NCBI GenBank assembly: GCA_965222615.1 | Contig: CBDCUI010000009.1 | Location: 214,454-278,453 of the forward strand | DNA length: 64,000 nt | Direction: 5' to 3' | From: Gammaproteobacteria bacterium | GTDB taxonomy: Bacteria; Pseudomonadota; Gammaproteobacteria; UBA4575 | Shown: positions 21,382 to 33,100 of the stretch, piece after piece | Numbering within the stretch: position 1 is the stretch's first letter | Layout of the letters: each line of letters opens with the position of its first letter | Translations under genes and position numbers: made by a program | The notes under the pieces: model-generated | What the model saw: the letters and a program-made list of their open reading frames with translations, nothing else | What the model was told of the DNA's origin: nothing | Database searches by the model: none

Positions 21382-22650
21382 ATGTATTTACAGCACTTTG
21401 GCCTTGAACAACAACCGTTTCAACTGACTCCAGATGCAAATTTCATGTACTTGAGTAAGCCGCATGCGCGTGCCAAATCGTACATGGAATACACAGTATG
21501 GAATCGAGATGGCTTTGTTGTAATCACTGGAGAGATTGGCTCAGGGAAAACGACACTGATCCAGCAGTTGCTACGTAATGTTAGTGATGATGTCCTCATT
21601 GCCCGAATTTATCAGACTCAACTGAATGAAGTTGAGTTCTTTCAGGCTATATTACTTGAATTTGGTTTAGAGCCTTTCAATGCTGGAAAAGTTGAATTAA
21701 TGAGTATGCTTAACAACTTTTTGATCGAGCAATACTCACATGGAATTCAAGTCATACTTGTGGTTGATGAAGCACAGAATTTGAGTAAGCGTGTCCTTGA
21801 AGAACTGCGCATGCTTACCGGAATGGAAACAGATGAAGAGCGTATTTTAAACCTTATATTAGTCGGGCAGCCAGAATTAAAAAATTTATTAGATGCTCCG
21901 GGTATGGAACAACTTTCGCAACGCATTCGATTTCGATTTCATTTGAAGCCCTTAGAGCAAGAAGATATCGCTAATTACATTAGACATAGGCTCGAAATCG
22001 CTGGTGCAAAGAAGAAAACTATAATACGAGATGAATGTATCCCACTAATATACCGTTATACAGGAGGCATACCTCGTCTTATCAATACGCTTTGTGACAC
22101 TGCTTTAATTTGTGCTTATGTCGATGGTAAAAAATTGGTAACAGCTAGCTTCATAGAAGAGGCTGTTACTGAGTTGCAATGGCAGCCATATCACGAAAGA
22201 GCTGGTATTAAAGCTCTAGAATCTAAACCGACTATGGCTGTAGATTATGATTCTGGTGCTAAGTTAGTGGACATCATGAATGAAGAAGAAGTAGTCGAGC
22301 ATGTAATCACAGAAAATATTACCTCAATTGGTCGAATACCAGTTAACGACATACGCATTAACGATGAAATGGTAAGTGGACATCATGCTAAATTGATACG
22401 TTTCCAAGATAATTATTTCATCGAAGATCTTATTAGTACCAATGGCACATTTGTGAATGGAAAGCGGATTAAAAAATGCGTACTAAAAGATGGGGATCGT
22501 ATCGCTTTTGGTCCATACAAAATGTTGTTTCAGGTAGATACATCTTCGTTATTGAATCCAACTTCTTCCAATAAAGATGATGAATTCAGTAACATAGTTT
22601 CGCTTGATGATACTGTGGTTAGTAATCCTGTTGCAGCAAACAACAAATAA
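21382..22650 (+). CDS. ExeA/MshM-like AAA ATPase fused to a C-terminal FHA domain
   Basis: 422 aa. N-terminus GLEQQPFQLTPDANFMYLSKPH...ITGEIGSGKTTL is the ExeA/GspA family with Walker A; C-terminus IGRIPVNDIRINDEMVSGHHAKLIRFQDNYFIEDLISTNGTFVNGKRI...GDRIAFG is a forkhead-associated domain. Confidence 0.7.
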   Translation: MYLQHFGLEQQPFQLTPDANFMYLSKPHARAKSYMEYTVWNRDGFVVITGEIGSGKTTLIQQLLRNVSDDVLIARIYQTQLNEVEFFQAILLEFGLEPFNAGKVELMSMLNNFLIEQYSHGIQVILVVDEAQNLSKRVLEELRMLTGMETDEERILNLILVGQPELKNLLDAPGMEQLSQRIRFRFHLKPLEQEDIANYIRHRLEIAGAKKKTIIRDECIPLIYRYTGGIPRLINTLCDTALICAYVDGKKLVTASFIEEAVTELQWQPYHERAGIKALESKPTMAVDYDSGAKLVDIMNEEEVVEHVITENITSIGRIPVNDIRINDEMVSGHHAKLIRFQDNYFIEDLISTNGTFVNGKRIKKCVLKDGDRIAFGPYKMLFQVDTSSLLNPTSSNKDDEFSNIVSLDDTVVSNPVAANNK

Positions 22651-22659
22651 AGGAAGCTC

Positions 22660-23433
22660 TTAGCTGCGTATCCCTATGCCTTTATTCAGCAAATAAAGGC
22701 AAATCAAAAACAATACTACAAGAAACCCAATAATTACTGTCATTGAAATGGTCAGATTGACATCTGATATACCAAGTATTCCATAACGAAAAGCATTTAC
22801 CATATAGAGAATAGGATTGGCTAGTGAAATTTGCTGCCAGAAAGTTGGCAACATTTGTATGCTAAAAAACACTCCACCAAGATACGTAAGTGGTGTAAGG
22901 ACAAAAGTTGGAATGATAGAAATATCGTCAAAGCTTTTTGCGAATATTCCATTAATCAGACCTGCCAGTGAAAATAATGCAGCAGTTAATATAGAAGTTA
23001 TTAGAATAATAGTGATATTACTGATTTGTAGGCGCGTAAAAATGAGCGCTACAAATGTTACTGCAATACCTACTGTTATGCCTCGTGCAATACCTCCCAG
23101 CATAAACCCTAAAATAATAATATAGTTGGGCATAGGTGATACCAGCATCTCTTCTATATGACGTTGAAACTTTGAGCTATAAAAGGATGAGACTGAATTG
23201 GCATAAGAATTAGTAATAATGCCCATCATGATTAAGCCGGGAGCGATGAATTCTATATAAGAAAAACCATCGATATCACTAAGCTGGGAGCCAATGAACT
23301 TTCCCATGATTAAAAAGTATAAGGCCATTGTAATTGCCGGAGGTAAAATTGTTTGAACCCAGATTCTTGCAAAGCGAAGAATTTCCTTTGTTACAATTGT
23401 GCGTAATCCAATTAATTGCTTTACCAAGTTCAT
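22660..23433 (-). CDS. ABC-2 type transporter permease
   Basis: 257 aa with six hydrophobic helices and the ABC-2 (NodJ/YadH-like) pattern; directly downstream of the ATPase gene. Confidence 0.8.
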   Translation of the reverse strand: MNLVKQLIGLRTIVTKEILRFARIWVQTILPPAITMALYFLIMGKFIGSQLSDIDGFSYIEFIAPGLIMMGIITNSYANSVSSFYSSKFQRHIEEMLVSPMPNYIIILGFMLGGIARGITVGIAVTFVALIFTRLQISNITIILITSILTAALFSLAGLINGIFAKSFDDISIIPTFVLTPLTYLGGVFFSIQMLPTFWQQISLANPILYMVNAFRYGILGISDVNLTISMTVIIGFLVVLFLICLYLLNKGIGIRS

Positions 23434-23439
23434 TTGGAT

Positions 23440-24363
23440 TTATTCACTAGTATTTTTTGTTAATGTAAGAAATAGCTCTTCTAGACGGTTAGTCTTATTC
23501 TTAATGCTTAGAACAGTAATTCCTTGTTGGTTTAAAGTATTGAACAGCTCATAGAGAGATTTTTTATTTGATAAAGTAACCTCTAAAGTTTTTTCATCAA
23601 GAACATCGTACGAGTACTCATAAAGGTCTAAAGCTTTAGTTATCGGATGCTGCAAATATAGAATAAAGCTTTCTTCTTTTAATTTTTCTAAGAGATTTCG
23701 CATAGAAGTATCTACTTTGATCTTACCTTGATCAATGATCGCAATATTTTTACAGAGGTTTTCTGCTTCTTCCAAGTAATGGGTAGTTAATATAATAGTT
23801 TTCCCATCTTCATTTATTTTTCGAAGCATCTTCCACATCGATCTGCGAATTTCTATATCTACTCCAGCTGTAGGCTCATCTAAAATAAGTAACTCAGGGT
23901 TATGGACTAAAGCTCTTGCGATCATTAACCTGCGTTTCATTCCGCCCGAGAGTTCTCTTGGGATATCTTTGCGTTTTTCCCAAAGCCCCAGTTTTTCAAG
24001 ACAGTCTTCAGTTGCATCTAATGCTTCATTTTTTGGCACTCCAAAGTAGCCTGCTTGGTTCTTAATGATTTCAGCCAGTGGCTCAAAATTGTTGAAATTA
24101 AATTCTTGTGGAACCAACCCAATTAAGTTCTTCGCTTGGGAAAAATGCGTGTCGATGTCATAACCAAGAATATGTACTTTGCCTGCTGTTTTGTTAACTA
24201 GGGATGTTATGATGCCTATCAGTGTAGATTTGCCAGCACCATTTGGGCCAAGCAATGCAAAGAAATCACCCAGATTTACATCAAGGTCAATATCTTCCAG
24301 TGCAACAACATTATTGCCATAGGTTTTACAAAGCCCACGAATGGATAAAGCATGTTCAGTCAT
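23440..24363 (-). CDS. ABC transporter ATP-binding protein (NodI/YadG-like)
   Basis: 307 aa. Walker A GPNGAGKST, signature LSGGMKRRL, Walker B LLILDEPT. Confidence 0.85.
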   Translation of the reverse strand: MTEHALSIRGLCKTYGNNVVALEDIDLDVNLGDFFALLGPNGAGKSTLIGIITSLVNKTAGKVHILGYDIDTHFSQAKNLIGLVPQEFNFNNFEPLAEIIKNQAGYFGVPKNEALDATEDCLEKLGLWEKRKDIPRELSGGMKRRLMIARALVHNPELLILDEPTAGVDIEIRRSMWKMLRKINEDGKTIILTTHYLEEAENLCKNIAIIDQGKIKVDTSMRNLLEKLKEESFILYLQHPITKALDLYEYSYDVLDEKTLEVTLSNKKSLYELFNTLNQQGITVLSIKNKTNRLEELFLTLTKNTSE

Positions 24364-24421
24364 TTTTTGTGAGAGTATGTTTTTATAATAATTTATTTAG
24401 TCTATCGGTATGAGGAGCTAA

Positions 24422-25816
24422 ATGGATAACACAGATTTGATGCATTATTTTTATGATGAACAACATGATGACAGTGTACCAATTAATATTGTTACTAAAG
24501 AGAATTATAAAGAATGGAAAGCCAAACAAGGTAAGTTTACTCAAAACTGGATTCAATCATCAGGCTTTCAGCCCAAAGCAAATAAATACCTATGTATTCC
24601 AAATACAGATGGAGGTTTAAATAGTGTACTGGTTATAACCGATCAAGAAAATACTATTTGGACCCTGGGAGATTGTCCTCAATCTTTGCCTGCAGGCCAT
24701 TACCATATTGCTGAGAAACCTGAAAATACTAGTGATGATTCGTATTTACTTGGCTGGGGTTTGGGGGCCTATCAATTTATCCAATATAAAGATACTAAGA
24801 ATAAACTATGTAAGATCTCAAACGTACAGCTAACTGATAAAAATTGCTTAGAAGCACTTTTGAGAGCCACGGCAATAACACGAGATCTGGTAAATACTCC
24901 TGCTTCCGATATGATGCCACAGCATTTATTGGAACATAGTCAAGCGCTTGCCAAACAATTTAATGCAGAGTTAGTTGAATACGAAGGCGATGATTTATTA
25001 AAAGAAAACTTCCCAGTTATACATGCAGTAGGGCGAGCTAGTGTACACCCACCCAGGCTAATTCAATTGTCATGGGGCGACTCCAAGCACCTTAAAGTAG
25101 CCTTAGTGGGCAAAGGTGTGTCTTTTGATAGTGGTGGACTGGATATAAAGTCTGCTGCCGGTATGCGTTTAATGAAAAAAGACATGGGGGGTGCAGCGCA
25201 TGTTTTGGGAATCGCAAGTGCGATTATGCAATTAAACTTGCCTGTTTGTTTACAGGTGTTTATTCCCGCAGTGGAAAATGCTATCTCGGCAAATGCCTAT
25301 CGTCCAGGTGACGTTATAAAGTCAAGATCTGGTAAAACAATTGAAATTGAAAACACAGATGCTGAAGGGCGTTTAATACTTTGCGATGCGATAACTAAAG
25401 CGATTGAAAACGATCCAGAAATACTAATTGATTTTGCAACTTTAACAGGTGCAGCAAGAGTGGCATTGGGAACAGAAGTGCCCGCATTTTTTACTAATGA
25501 TAAAACTATTGTTGAGGAAATAATGCTTGCTTCTGAAACTGTACATGATCCTGTATGGCAATTACCATTGCATAAGCCATATCGATATCTACTGAACAGC
25601 AATATTGCAGATATTTCAAATTGCTCTACTGGTTCCTTCGGTGGAGCAATTACTGCAGCACTCTTTTTAAGTGAATTTGTGCCGATTACAACAAGATGGC
25701 TGCATTTTGATGTAATGGCCTGGAATACACGTAACCGACCTGGTCGCCCAAAAGGTGGGGAGGCAATGGGTTTACGTACTATTATTGAATTTCTACGACA
25801 ACGATATTCTGCATAG
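24422..25816 (+). CDS. M17 family leucyl aminopeptidase (PepB-like)
   Basis: 464 aa. NTDAEGRL signature, VGKGVSFDSGG metal-binding region; co-linear with PepB-type aminopeptidases. Confidence 0.85.
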   Translation: MDNTDLMHYFYDEQHDDSVPINIVTKENYKEWKAKQGKFTQNWIQSSGFQPKANKYLCIPNTDGGLNSVLVITDQENTIWTLGDCPQSLPAGHYHIAEKPENTSDDSYLLGWGLGAYQFIQYKDTKNKLCKISNVQLTDKNCLEALLRATAITRDLVNTPASDMMPQHLLEHSQALAKQFNAELVEYEGDDLLKENFPVIHAVGRASVHPPRLIQLSWGDSKHLKVALVGKGVSFDSGGLDIKSAAGMRLMKKDMGGAAHVLGIASAIMQLNLPVCLQVFIPAVENAISANAYRPGDVIKSRSGKTIEIENTDAEGRLILCDAITKAIENDPEILIDFATLTGAARVALGTEVPAFFTNDKTIVEEIMLASETVHDPVWQLPLHKPYRYLLNSNIADISNCSTGSFGGAITAALFLSEFVPITTRWLHFDVMAWNTRNRPGRPKGGEAMGLRTIIEFLRQRYSA

Positions 25817-25835
25817 AAATTAAGACTTATAAATA

Positions 25836-26828
25836 ATGAATAACCCGCATCGTTTTTGCATTGCTCCTATGATGGAATGTACAGATCGTCATTATCGATA
25901 TCTTGCGCGTCTTCTGACCAAACGCAGTATGCTCTATACTGAAATGATAACTACAGATACCTTATTGCATAGTGATCATGGTTACCATTTAAAGATCAAC
26001 TCTTGTGAACACCCAATTGCCTTGCAGTTGGGTGGTAGTGATCCAGTAAAAATGGCTAAATGCTCTGAATACGCTTCTGAATTTAACTACGATGAGATCA
26101 ATATAAATGTAGGTTGTCCAAGCGATCGTGTACAAGCTGGCAAGTTTGGAGCAAGCTTGATGCTTGAGCCACAAACCGTTGCAAAATGCATAAAAGAGAT
26201 GAATAGCGTTACTGATCTCGATGTGACAGTAAAAACGAGAATAGGTGTAGATGAGCAAGACAGCTATGAGGATTTTGCAAGATTTATAGCTATCATTGCC
26301 GATGCAGGTTGCACGGTGGTAATCGTGCATGCAAGAAAAGCATACCTTTCAGGTTTAAGTCCAAAAGAAAATAGAACGATTCCGCCTTTATGTTACGATT
26401 ATGTCTATAAAATTAAACAACAACATCCGCAACTTAAAATAATATTGAATGGAGGTCTTGATAATTTTCAAGATATTCAAAAACATTTAACTGCACTTGA
26501 CGGGGTGATGGTTGGAAGAAAGGCTTATGAAGATCCTTATTTTTTAGTCAATGTCGATGCAAAAATATTTAACGAGCAACATACAACTCTTTCGCGGTAT
26601 GAAATATTAGCCAAGTATCTTAGTTATGCACAAGGACAGTTGGACAAGGGGGTGCCATTGCATATTCTCACCAAACATATATTCGGAGTGTTTAACGGTG
26701 TACCTGGCGCAAAACAATGGCGTCGCTATCTAAGTGAAAATAGACACAAAATTGGAACGAATCTTGGTGTAATCCATCATGTAGCGTTAGAGCTTGTTGG
26801 CAGAAATAAGCTATCTACTATTTACTAA
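25836..26828 (+). CDS. dusA: tRNA-dihydrouridine synthase A
   Basis: 330 aa. N-terminus FCIAPMMECTDRHYRYLARLLTKRSMLYTEMITT is characteristic of DusA. Confidence 0.9.
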   Translation: MNNPHRFCIAPMMECTDRHYRYLARLLTKRSMLYTEMITTDTLLHSDHGYHLKINSCEHPIALQLGGSDPVKMAKCSEYASEFNYDEININVGCPSDRVQAGKFGASLMLEPQTVAKCIKEMNSVTDLDVTVKTRIGVDEQDSYEDFARFIAIIADAGCTVVIVHARKAYLSGLSPKENRTIPPLCYDYVYKIKQQHPQLKIILNGGLDNFQDIQKHLTALDGVMVGRKAYEDPYFLVNVDAKIFNEQHTTLSRYEILAKYLSYAQGQLDKGVPLHILTKHIFGVFNGVPGAKQWRRYLSENRHKIGTNLGVIHHVALELVGRNKLSTIY

Positions 26829-27447
26829 AAATGTGTGCGTACTCTTTTTGTGCTGAAAAATAGTTGTAATCGGTTAGCTCGTCAACGTCGCGCACACTGG
26901 ATAAACATGTTGTCGACCAACCTAGAGAATTTATTTTTTCTTCCGTATCTTTAAGCACCTTATTTGTGCTCCAATTAATGCCACTGAAAATAGATACATG
27001 AATTTTATTGGTGCCGATTAGTACATAGCCACCATCGACTGCAGGGCCTAGTACAATATCATGTCCAGTTTCTAGTTCAGTAAAGGCACGGTTAATATAA
27101 GTTAAGTCTAGTTGAGGACAGTCTGAGCCAATCAATACCACTGGTGTGTCATATTTCAGGTGTTGTCGTATCGCATTATACATGCGCATGCCTATGTCTT
27201 TGCCCATTTGCTTATGCAAAGTAAGTGTGTATTTGTTTTGGCAATATTTAAAAAAAGGATGATCAGAATCTGGATAGCAATATAATGCGATGTCAAAATT
27301 TTCTACGCAAATATTTGTTAAAATATGTTCTAAGATTTTTTTATACAACTCTGCAGTGAATTCTTCACCAAGATTGGCAGACAGGCGAGTTTTAACAAAC
27401 CCTGGCTCAGGGTGCTTGCAAAAACAAATTACAGTTTTGGTTTGCAC
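26818..27447 (-). CDS. DUF2064 / TIGR04282-like transferase-associated protein
   Basis: 209 aa. The N-terminus VICFCKHPEPGFVKTRLS resembles DUF2064 proteins that pair with a GT2 glycosyltransferase; overlaps dusA by 11 bp on the opposite strand. Confidence 0.5.
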   Translation of the reverse strand: MQTKTVICFCKHPEPGFVKTRLSANLGEEFTAELYKKILEHILTNICVENFDIALYCYPDSDHPFFKYCQNKYTLTLHKQMGKDIGMRMYNAIRQHLKYDTPVVLIGSDCPQLDLTYINRAFTELETGHDIVLGPAVDGGYVLIGTNKIHVSIFSGINWSTNKVLKDTEEKINSLGWSTTCLSSVRDVDELTDYNYFSAQKEYAHIFSK

Positions 27448-27451
27448 TAGT

Positions 27452-28129
27452 TTAATAGTAATACTTGGCTAGTTTTTCTGTAGAGGCGCCAAAATAGAAC
27501 ATCAAACGTAGTTTCCACATTGTAACAATAGTTTTTATTGTGCCTTGTTGCTCCCATTTTCTACTAGAAGAAATTACCTTTTCGGGCAGACATAAAGGAT
27601 GGGATAGATGTTTTAAACGTGCGCTAACGGCAATGTCTTCCATAATTATGTAATCCGGAAATCCCCCGCAGGCAAAATAAGCCTCTCTTCTTACAAACAT
27701 GGCTTGGTCACCGGTTACGATCCCTGTAACAGCACTGCGGAAATTCATAAACCAAGCAATTATTTTAAACATGAAACTTGAATTTGAAAATTTGATAGTA
27801 AATCTTCCCCATTGCTTAGAACTTGACTTAAGTGATTTGCAAATCAAGTTTGTAGCATCAGCAGGTAATATCGTATCGGCATGAAGAAATAAAAGAATTT
27901 CATTTGAGCTTTGTTGGGCACCTAGATGTAATTGAAAACCACGAGATGGTTTAGAACTAAATGTTTGACAGCCAATTTGTTTCGCAACTTCTATAGAAGC
28001 ATCACAGCTTCCACTGTCAACAACAATTATTTCGTGTCCTTGTTTGATTAAGTCATGCAGCAATGTTTTTTGTTTTGTTAAATTTTGCTCTTCATCTAAA
28101 ACTGGGATGATTACAGATATTATTGCCAT
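27452..28129 (-). CDS. Family 2 glycosyltransferase (TIGR04283-like)
   Basis: 225 aa. IISVIIPVLDEEQNL GT-A N-terminus, D-x-D-like DSGSCD segment. Confidence 0.65.
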   Translation of the reverse strand: MAIISVIIPVLDEEQNLTKQKTLLHDLIKQGHEIIVVDSGSCDASIEVAKQIGCQTFSSKPSRGFQLHLGAQQSSNEILLFLHADTILPADATNLICKSLKSSSKQWGRFTIKFSNSSFMFKIIAWFMNFRSAVTGIVTGDQAMFVRREAYFACGGFPDYIIMEDIAVSARLKHLSHPLCLPEKVISSSRKWEQQGTIKTIVTMWKLRLMFYFGASTEKLAKYYY

Positions 28130-28332
28130 GATTTTGAAAGCAATTGTTCTAAAACAACTATTTTATTTTCTGTAGTGGTTAAATGATTGATTAATCAGCC
28201 AATTTTAAATTCAGTTCATTAATATATTTTTGTTACAATTACCGCCAACATTCTATTAGTATTGCTAATGAAAACAATTAAATAAGCTAGCACATATTTA
28301 CTCTTTACTCAGCATGCGAAGGAACGAAATTT

Positions 28333-29643
28333 ATGAAAAATCACATCCTGAATATTCTCAAATCTCATAAATTTATATTAGTTAGTGTATTCTCCATGGC
28401 ATCTTTTTCTGTGTATGGTGCCGGATTTCAAATCAGTGAACAGAGTGGCACAGGATTAGGGCGTGCGTTTGCTGGTTTCGGAGTGATCGGTGATGATCTT
28501 TCTATGGCTTTCTACAACCCTGCTGGCTTGACTATGCAAGAAGGCACACAAATCCAAGTAACAGGGTTTGCAATTGATGGCAGTTCAAGATTTGATGCGG
28601 ATACAGGTCAATCCGGCCGCGTGCCACCACTTGTTCCGTTAGGTAGCAATGATAATGGGGCTACATTCAGCATAGTACCTAATCTTTATTTTACCATGGA
28701 TTTAACGGATAGATTAAAATATGGCTTTGCTATTACCGCACCATTTGGCCTTGCAACGGAATACGATCGGGATTGGGTGGGTCGCTATCAAGCTAAAGAA
28801 TCAGAGCTGCTTACTGTGAATATTAATCCTTCTCTTGCATATAAGCTTAGTGATTCATTTTCCATTGGCTTTGGAGTAAGTGCGGAGTATGCCGATGCAA
28901 CTTTAAGCCAAGCAGTCTTTACGGGTGGCCCTGATGGCTTTGCAGAGGCAAAGGGAGATGATTGGGGTTATGGGTGGAATGCGGGATTTATGTATCACCC
29001 CGATCCAACTTTTCGTGCGGCAGTAGGATTTAGATCTAAGATTCACCATAAGTTGTCTGGCGATGATAATGAAATTACTGGCACTCCATTAGGTGGCGGA
29101 AATTTTTCATCAGGGGTGGAAGCCAGAGCGACATTACCTGAAGTCGTGCATGCAGGATTGTACAAAGAATTTGCTTCCAAATGGGGTCTATCTCTTGGTT
29201 TCCGGTGGACAAGGTGGAATCGATTGCAAGAACTTATTGTAAAGACCGATAGCCCATTTGTTCCAGACAGTGTCCTTGAATTGAAATGGGATAATGTAAT
29301 TTCTGCAAATATTGGTGTGGATTACTACTATTCAGATAAGTGGACATTTCGTGCAGGGTATATGTTTGATGAGTCACCTACTGATGATAATTTTAGAACA
29401 CCTCGAATTCCTGATGAAGATCGCAATTGGTTCGCCGTAGGTGCTACCTATAAGCCAAATGAACAATTGCAGTTAGACGTAGGCTTCACACATATTATTG
29501 TGGATGATGCCGATATTGAAATAAGAGGAGATGTTATTGCAGCTCCACCTGCATCACCAATCGTTGTTACTGATAGTGTCGTGGGAGAATACGACGATTC
29601 AGGCGTTAACATTCTTAGTTTACAAGCCGTTTATAAATTTTAA
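28333..29643 (+). CDS. FadL/OmpP1/TodX-family outer-membrane hydrophobic-compound transporter
   Basis: 436 aa. Signal peptide; GAGFQISEQSGTGLGRAFAG N-terminal hatch motif typical of the FadL family; C-terminal ...VYKF. Confidence 0.8.
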   Translation: MKNHILNILKSHKFILVSVFSMASFSVYGAGFQISEQSGTGLGRAFAGFGVIGDDLSMAFYNPAGLTMQEGTQIQVTGFAIDGSSRFDADTGQSGRVPPLVPLGSNDNGATFSIVPNLYFTMDLTDRLKYGFAITAPFGLATEYDRDWVGRYQAKESELLTVNINPSLAYKLSDSFSIGFGVSAEYADATLSQAVFTGGPDGFAEAKGDDWGYGWNAGFMYHPDPTFRAAVGFRSKIHHKLSGDDNEITGTPLGGGNFSSGVEARATLPEVVHAGLYKEFASKWGLSLGFRWTRWNRLQELIVKTDSPFVPDSVLELKWDNVISANIGVDYYYSDKWTFRAGYMFDESPTDDNFRTPRIPDEDRNWFAVGATYKPNEQLQLDVGFTHIIVDDADIEIRGDVIAAPPASPIVVTDSVVGEYDDSGVNILSLQAVYKF

Positions 29644-30166
29644 TTTTCTCAATAGCATCAACTCACAAGTTAACAAGCTTGCGAGTTGATTAGTTCAACA
29701 AACCTATCAATAAGCTCAAAATCTTTGAGCGATATTTTGTTTGACTAAAATACATTTAGTTTTCATTTGGTTATTCCTCGCAAGTTTTACAAGTCTTTGC
29801 AATGTAATACAAATTTAGCGACATGTTTCGCAGAAATAGAGTAGGCATTGGCAGAGGATCAAGTTTGTTGACGGTAAAACAGTTCAGCAGTTGGTGCCGG
29901 TAATAAAAGCGTTACTTGATTATTTTTAATGATAATTGCTTTTTATAATTAAATTGCACTCATCGAAAATTAATCGTTGCTTTTTAGTACGTTACGAATT
30001 TTTGTTCTGTTTATTTTAGATGTGGAAATTTAGTTTGTGTATTCCAATTTTAAAAAAACTGCCAATAAAATAGTTTGAAATTTGCAATTAAAGTAAATTA
30101 TCATGAGATTATTGTAAGTGAATAAATTTTCCTTACAAAAAATAACAAAATACCAGGTGGGAGAAT

Positions 30167-33100
30167 ATGAGAACGAAGGATTTCGTATCTCATTTGCTAC
30201 TATTAATAAGTATCTATGCATTAGCCGTATCTAGTGCAAATTCCAGTGACTCAGCTGAAGTAGCAAATTGGCAAACTACATTCAATAGCGTCAATTCATC
30301 GACATATGTTGAGGATAGGTTGTGGACACCTGAAATATATTCACGTCTGGCAACCGCTGATACTCATAGCAATAACAATTCTCGAAGTAGTCAAAGCAAA
30401 TATCACAAGAAAAGAAAAAAACGTAAGCAAGCAGATCTGTCTTTACGCAAGAGTGTAAACAATCCACGTCCGGATGTTGGAGAGTTTGTTACCTTTACGA
30501 TTACTGTAAAAAACGATGGCCCGGCAGGCACTGATTACGCAGTGGCTGATGTAATTCCAAGAGGCTATACCCACATCACTAATATCAGTAAAGGTGGTCA
30601 TCTGGAAGGTAATGTAATTACTTGGAAACATAATTGGATCGATGCAGGTGTAAAGCAAACTTTTAGTTTTCGTGCATTGGTTAAAGAGAAAACTGGAGCA
30701 AAAGACGAATATAAAAATGTTGCGCAAATCATAAAAAGCAATCGGCCTGATCCCGACAGCAAACCAAATAATGATGATGGCGATCAAAGTGAAGATGATG
30801 AGGACTTCGCAATTGTTGAACCTCAATCCAATGTGGCAGATTTTTCATTACATAAAAATGTTGATAACAGAACACCGAATATAGGAGATGTAGTAACTTT
30901 TACGATTAGCGTTAAAAACTATGGCCCAGCAGGAGGAGATTATGATGTACAAGATTTGCTTCCTCCTGGGTTTAGTAAAATCTCGTACATCAACAGGGGA
31001 GGTATTCTAAAAGGCAATAAAATTACCTGGAAAGGGCAGTGGATAGGCAAAGGTGAAACACAGGTATTTAAATTTCGTGCAACCGTAAATTCTCCCAAAT
31101 GTGTAGCTGATGAATATAAAAATATTGCACAAATCATAAAAAGTAACCGACCCGATCCCGACAGTACGCCGAACAACGACGATGGTGATCAAAGTGAAGA
31201 TGATGAAGACAGTGTTGTTGTTATTCCAAACACCGATATCTGCGATACGAATAATGCGGATTTATCGTTACAAAAGACGGTTGATAATAAAACCCCAAAT
31301 ATTGGTGATGTAGTTACTTTTAAAATTAAAGTCAAAAATGATGGTCCGTCTGGTGCTGATTATCATCTTGAAGATGTAGTTCCCAGCGGTTTCAGCAATA
31401 TTACTGGTATTACGAGGAATGGTGCACTTGCTGGTAATACGATTACATGGAAAAGGCAATGGATAGACAAAGGTGAAATACAGGTATTTAAATTTCATAC
31501 AACCGTAAATTCACCAAAATGTGTAGCCAGTGAATATAAAAATGTTGCACAAATCATAAAAAGCAATCGACCTGATCCCGACAGTACGCCGAACAACGAC
31601 GATGGCGATCAAAGCGAAGATGATGAAGACAGTGCAGCTGTTATTCCAAATACTAATATCTGTGACATCGGTACTTCTGACTTATCACTAAACAAAACAG
31701 TTAACAATGCCACCCCGAATGTAGGTGACACCGTGACGTTTAGTATTGTGGTGAGCAATGCCGGCCCGGATGCTGCCACCAATGTAGGGGTGAGTGACAT
31801 TGTACCGGTGGGCTACAGCAACATCAGTAATGTCAGCAATGGCGGCAGTGTCAATGGCAACAATATTAGTTGGAATGTTGCCAGCATTGCTAGTGGAGCG
31901 AGTGTCGCATTGAGCTTTAGTGCAGAAGTGCTCGCACCCACCGGTGTGGCCGATGAATACAAGAACACGGCCCAAGTCAGTGCTAGTGATCAAAGTGATC
32001 CGGACAGTACGCCGAACAATGATGATGGCGATCAAAGTGAAGATGATGAAGACAGTGCCAGTGTAATCCCAGGCGGTAGTGCAGGCGTTGCCGATCTGAT
32101 GTTAACCAAGAGTGTCGACAATGCCACCCCGAATGTAGGCGAGGTGGTGACGTTTAGTATTGTGGTGAGCAATGCCGGACCCGATGCCGCCACCAATGTA
32201 GGGGTGAGTGACATTGTACCGGTGGGCTACAGCAACATCAGTAATGTCAGCAATGGCGGCAGTGTCAATGGCAACAATATTAGTTGGAGTGTTGCCAGCA
32301 TTGCTAGTGGAGCGAGTGTCGCATTGAGCTTTACCGCAGAAGTGCTCGCACCCACCGGTGTGGCCGATGAATACAAGAACACGGCCCAAGCCAGTGCTAG
32401 TGATCAAAGTGATCCGGACAGTACACCGAACAATGATGATGGCGATCAAAGTGAAGATGATGAAGACAGTGCCAGTGTAATCCCAGGCGGTAGTGCAGGC
32501 GTTGCCGATCTGATGTTAACCAAGAGTGTCGACAATGCCACCCCGAATGTAGGCGAGGTGGTGACGTTTAGTATTGTGGTGAGCAATGCCGGACCGGATG
32601 CTGCCACCAATGTAGGGGTGAGTGACATTGTACCGGTGGGCTACAGCAACATCAGTAATGTCAGCAATGGCGGCAGTGTCAATGGCAACAATATTAGTTG
32701 GAGTGTTGCCAGCATTGCTAGTGGAGCCAGTGTCGCGTTGAGCTTTAGTGCAGAAGTACTCGCCCCAACGGGTGTAGCCGATGAATACAAGAACACCGCC
32801 CAAGTTAGCGCCAGTGATCAAAGTGATCCGGATAGTACGCCGAACAATGATGATGGCGATCAAAGTGAAGATGATGAAGACAGTGCCAGTGTAATCCCAG
32901 GCGGTAGTGCAGGCGTTGCCGATCTGATGTTAACCAAGAGTGTCGACAATGCCACCCCGAATGTAGGCGAGGTGGTGACGTTTAGTATTGTGGTGAGCAA
33001 TGCCGGACCGGATGCTGCCACCAATGTAGGGGTGAGTGACATTGTACCGGTGGGCTACAGCAACATCAGTAATGTCAGCAATGGCGGCAGTGTCAATGGC

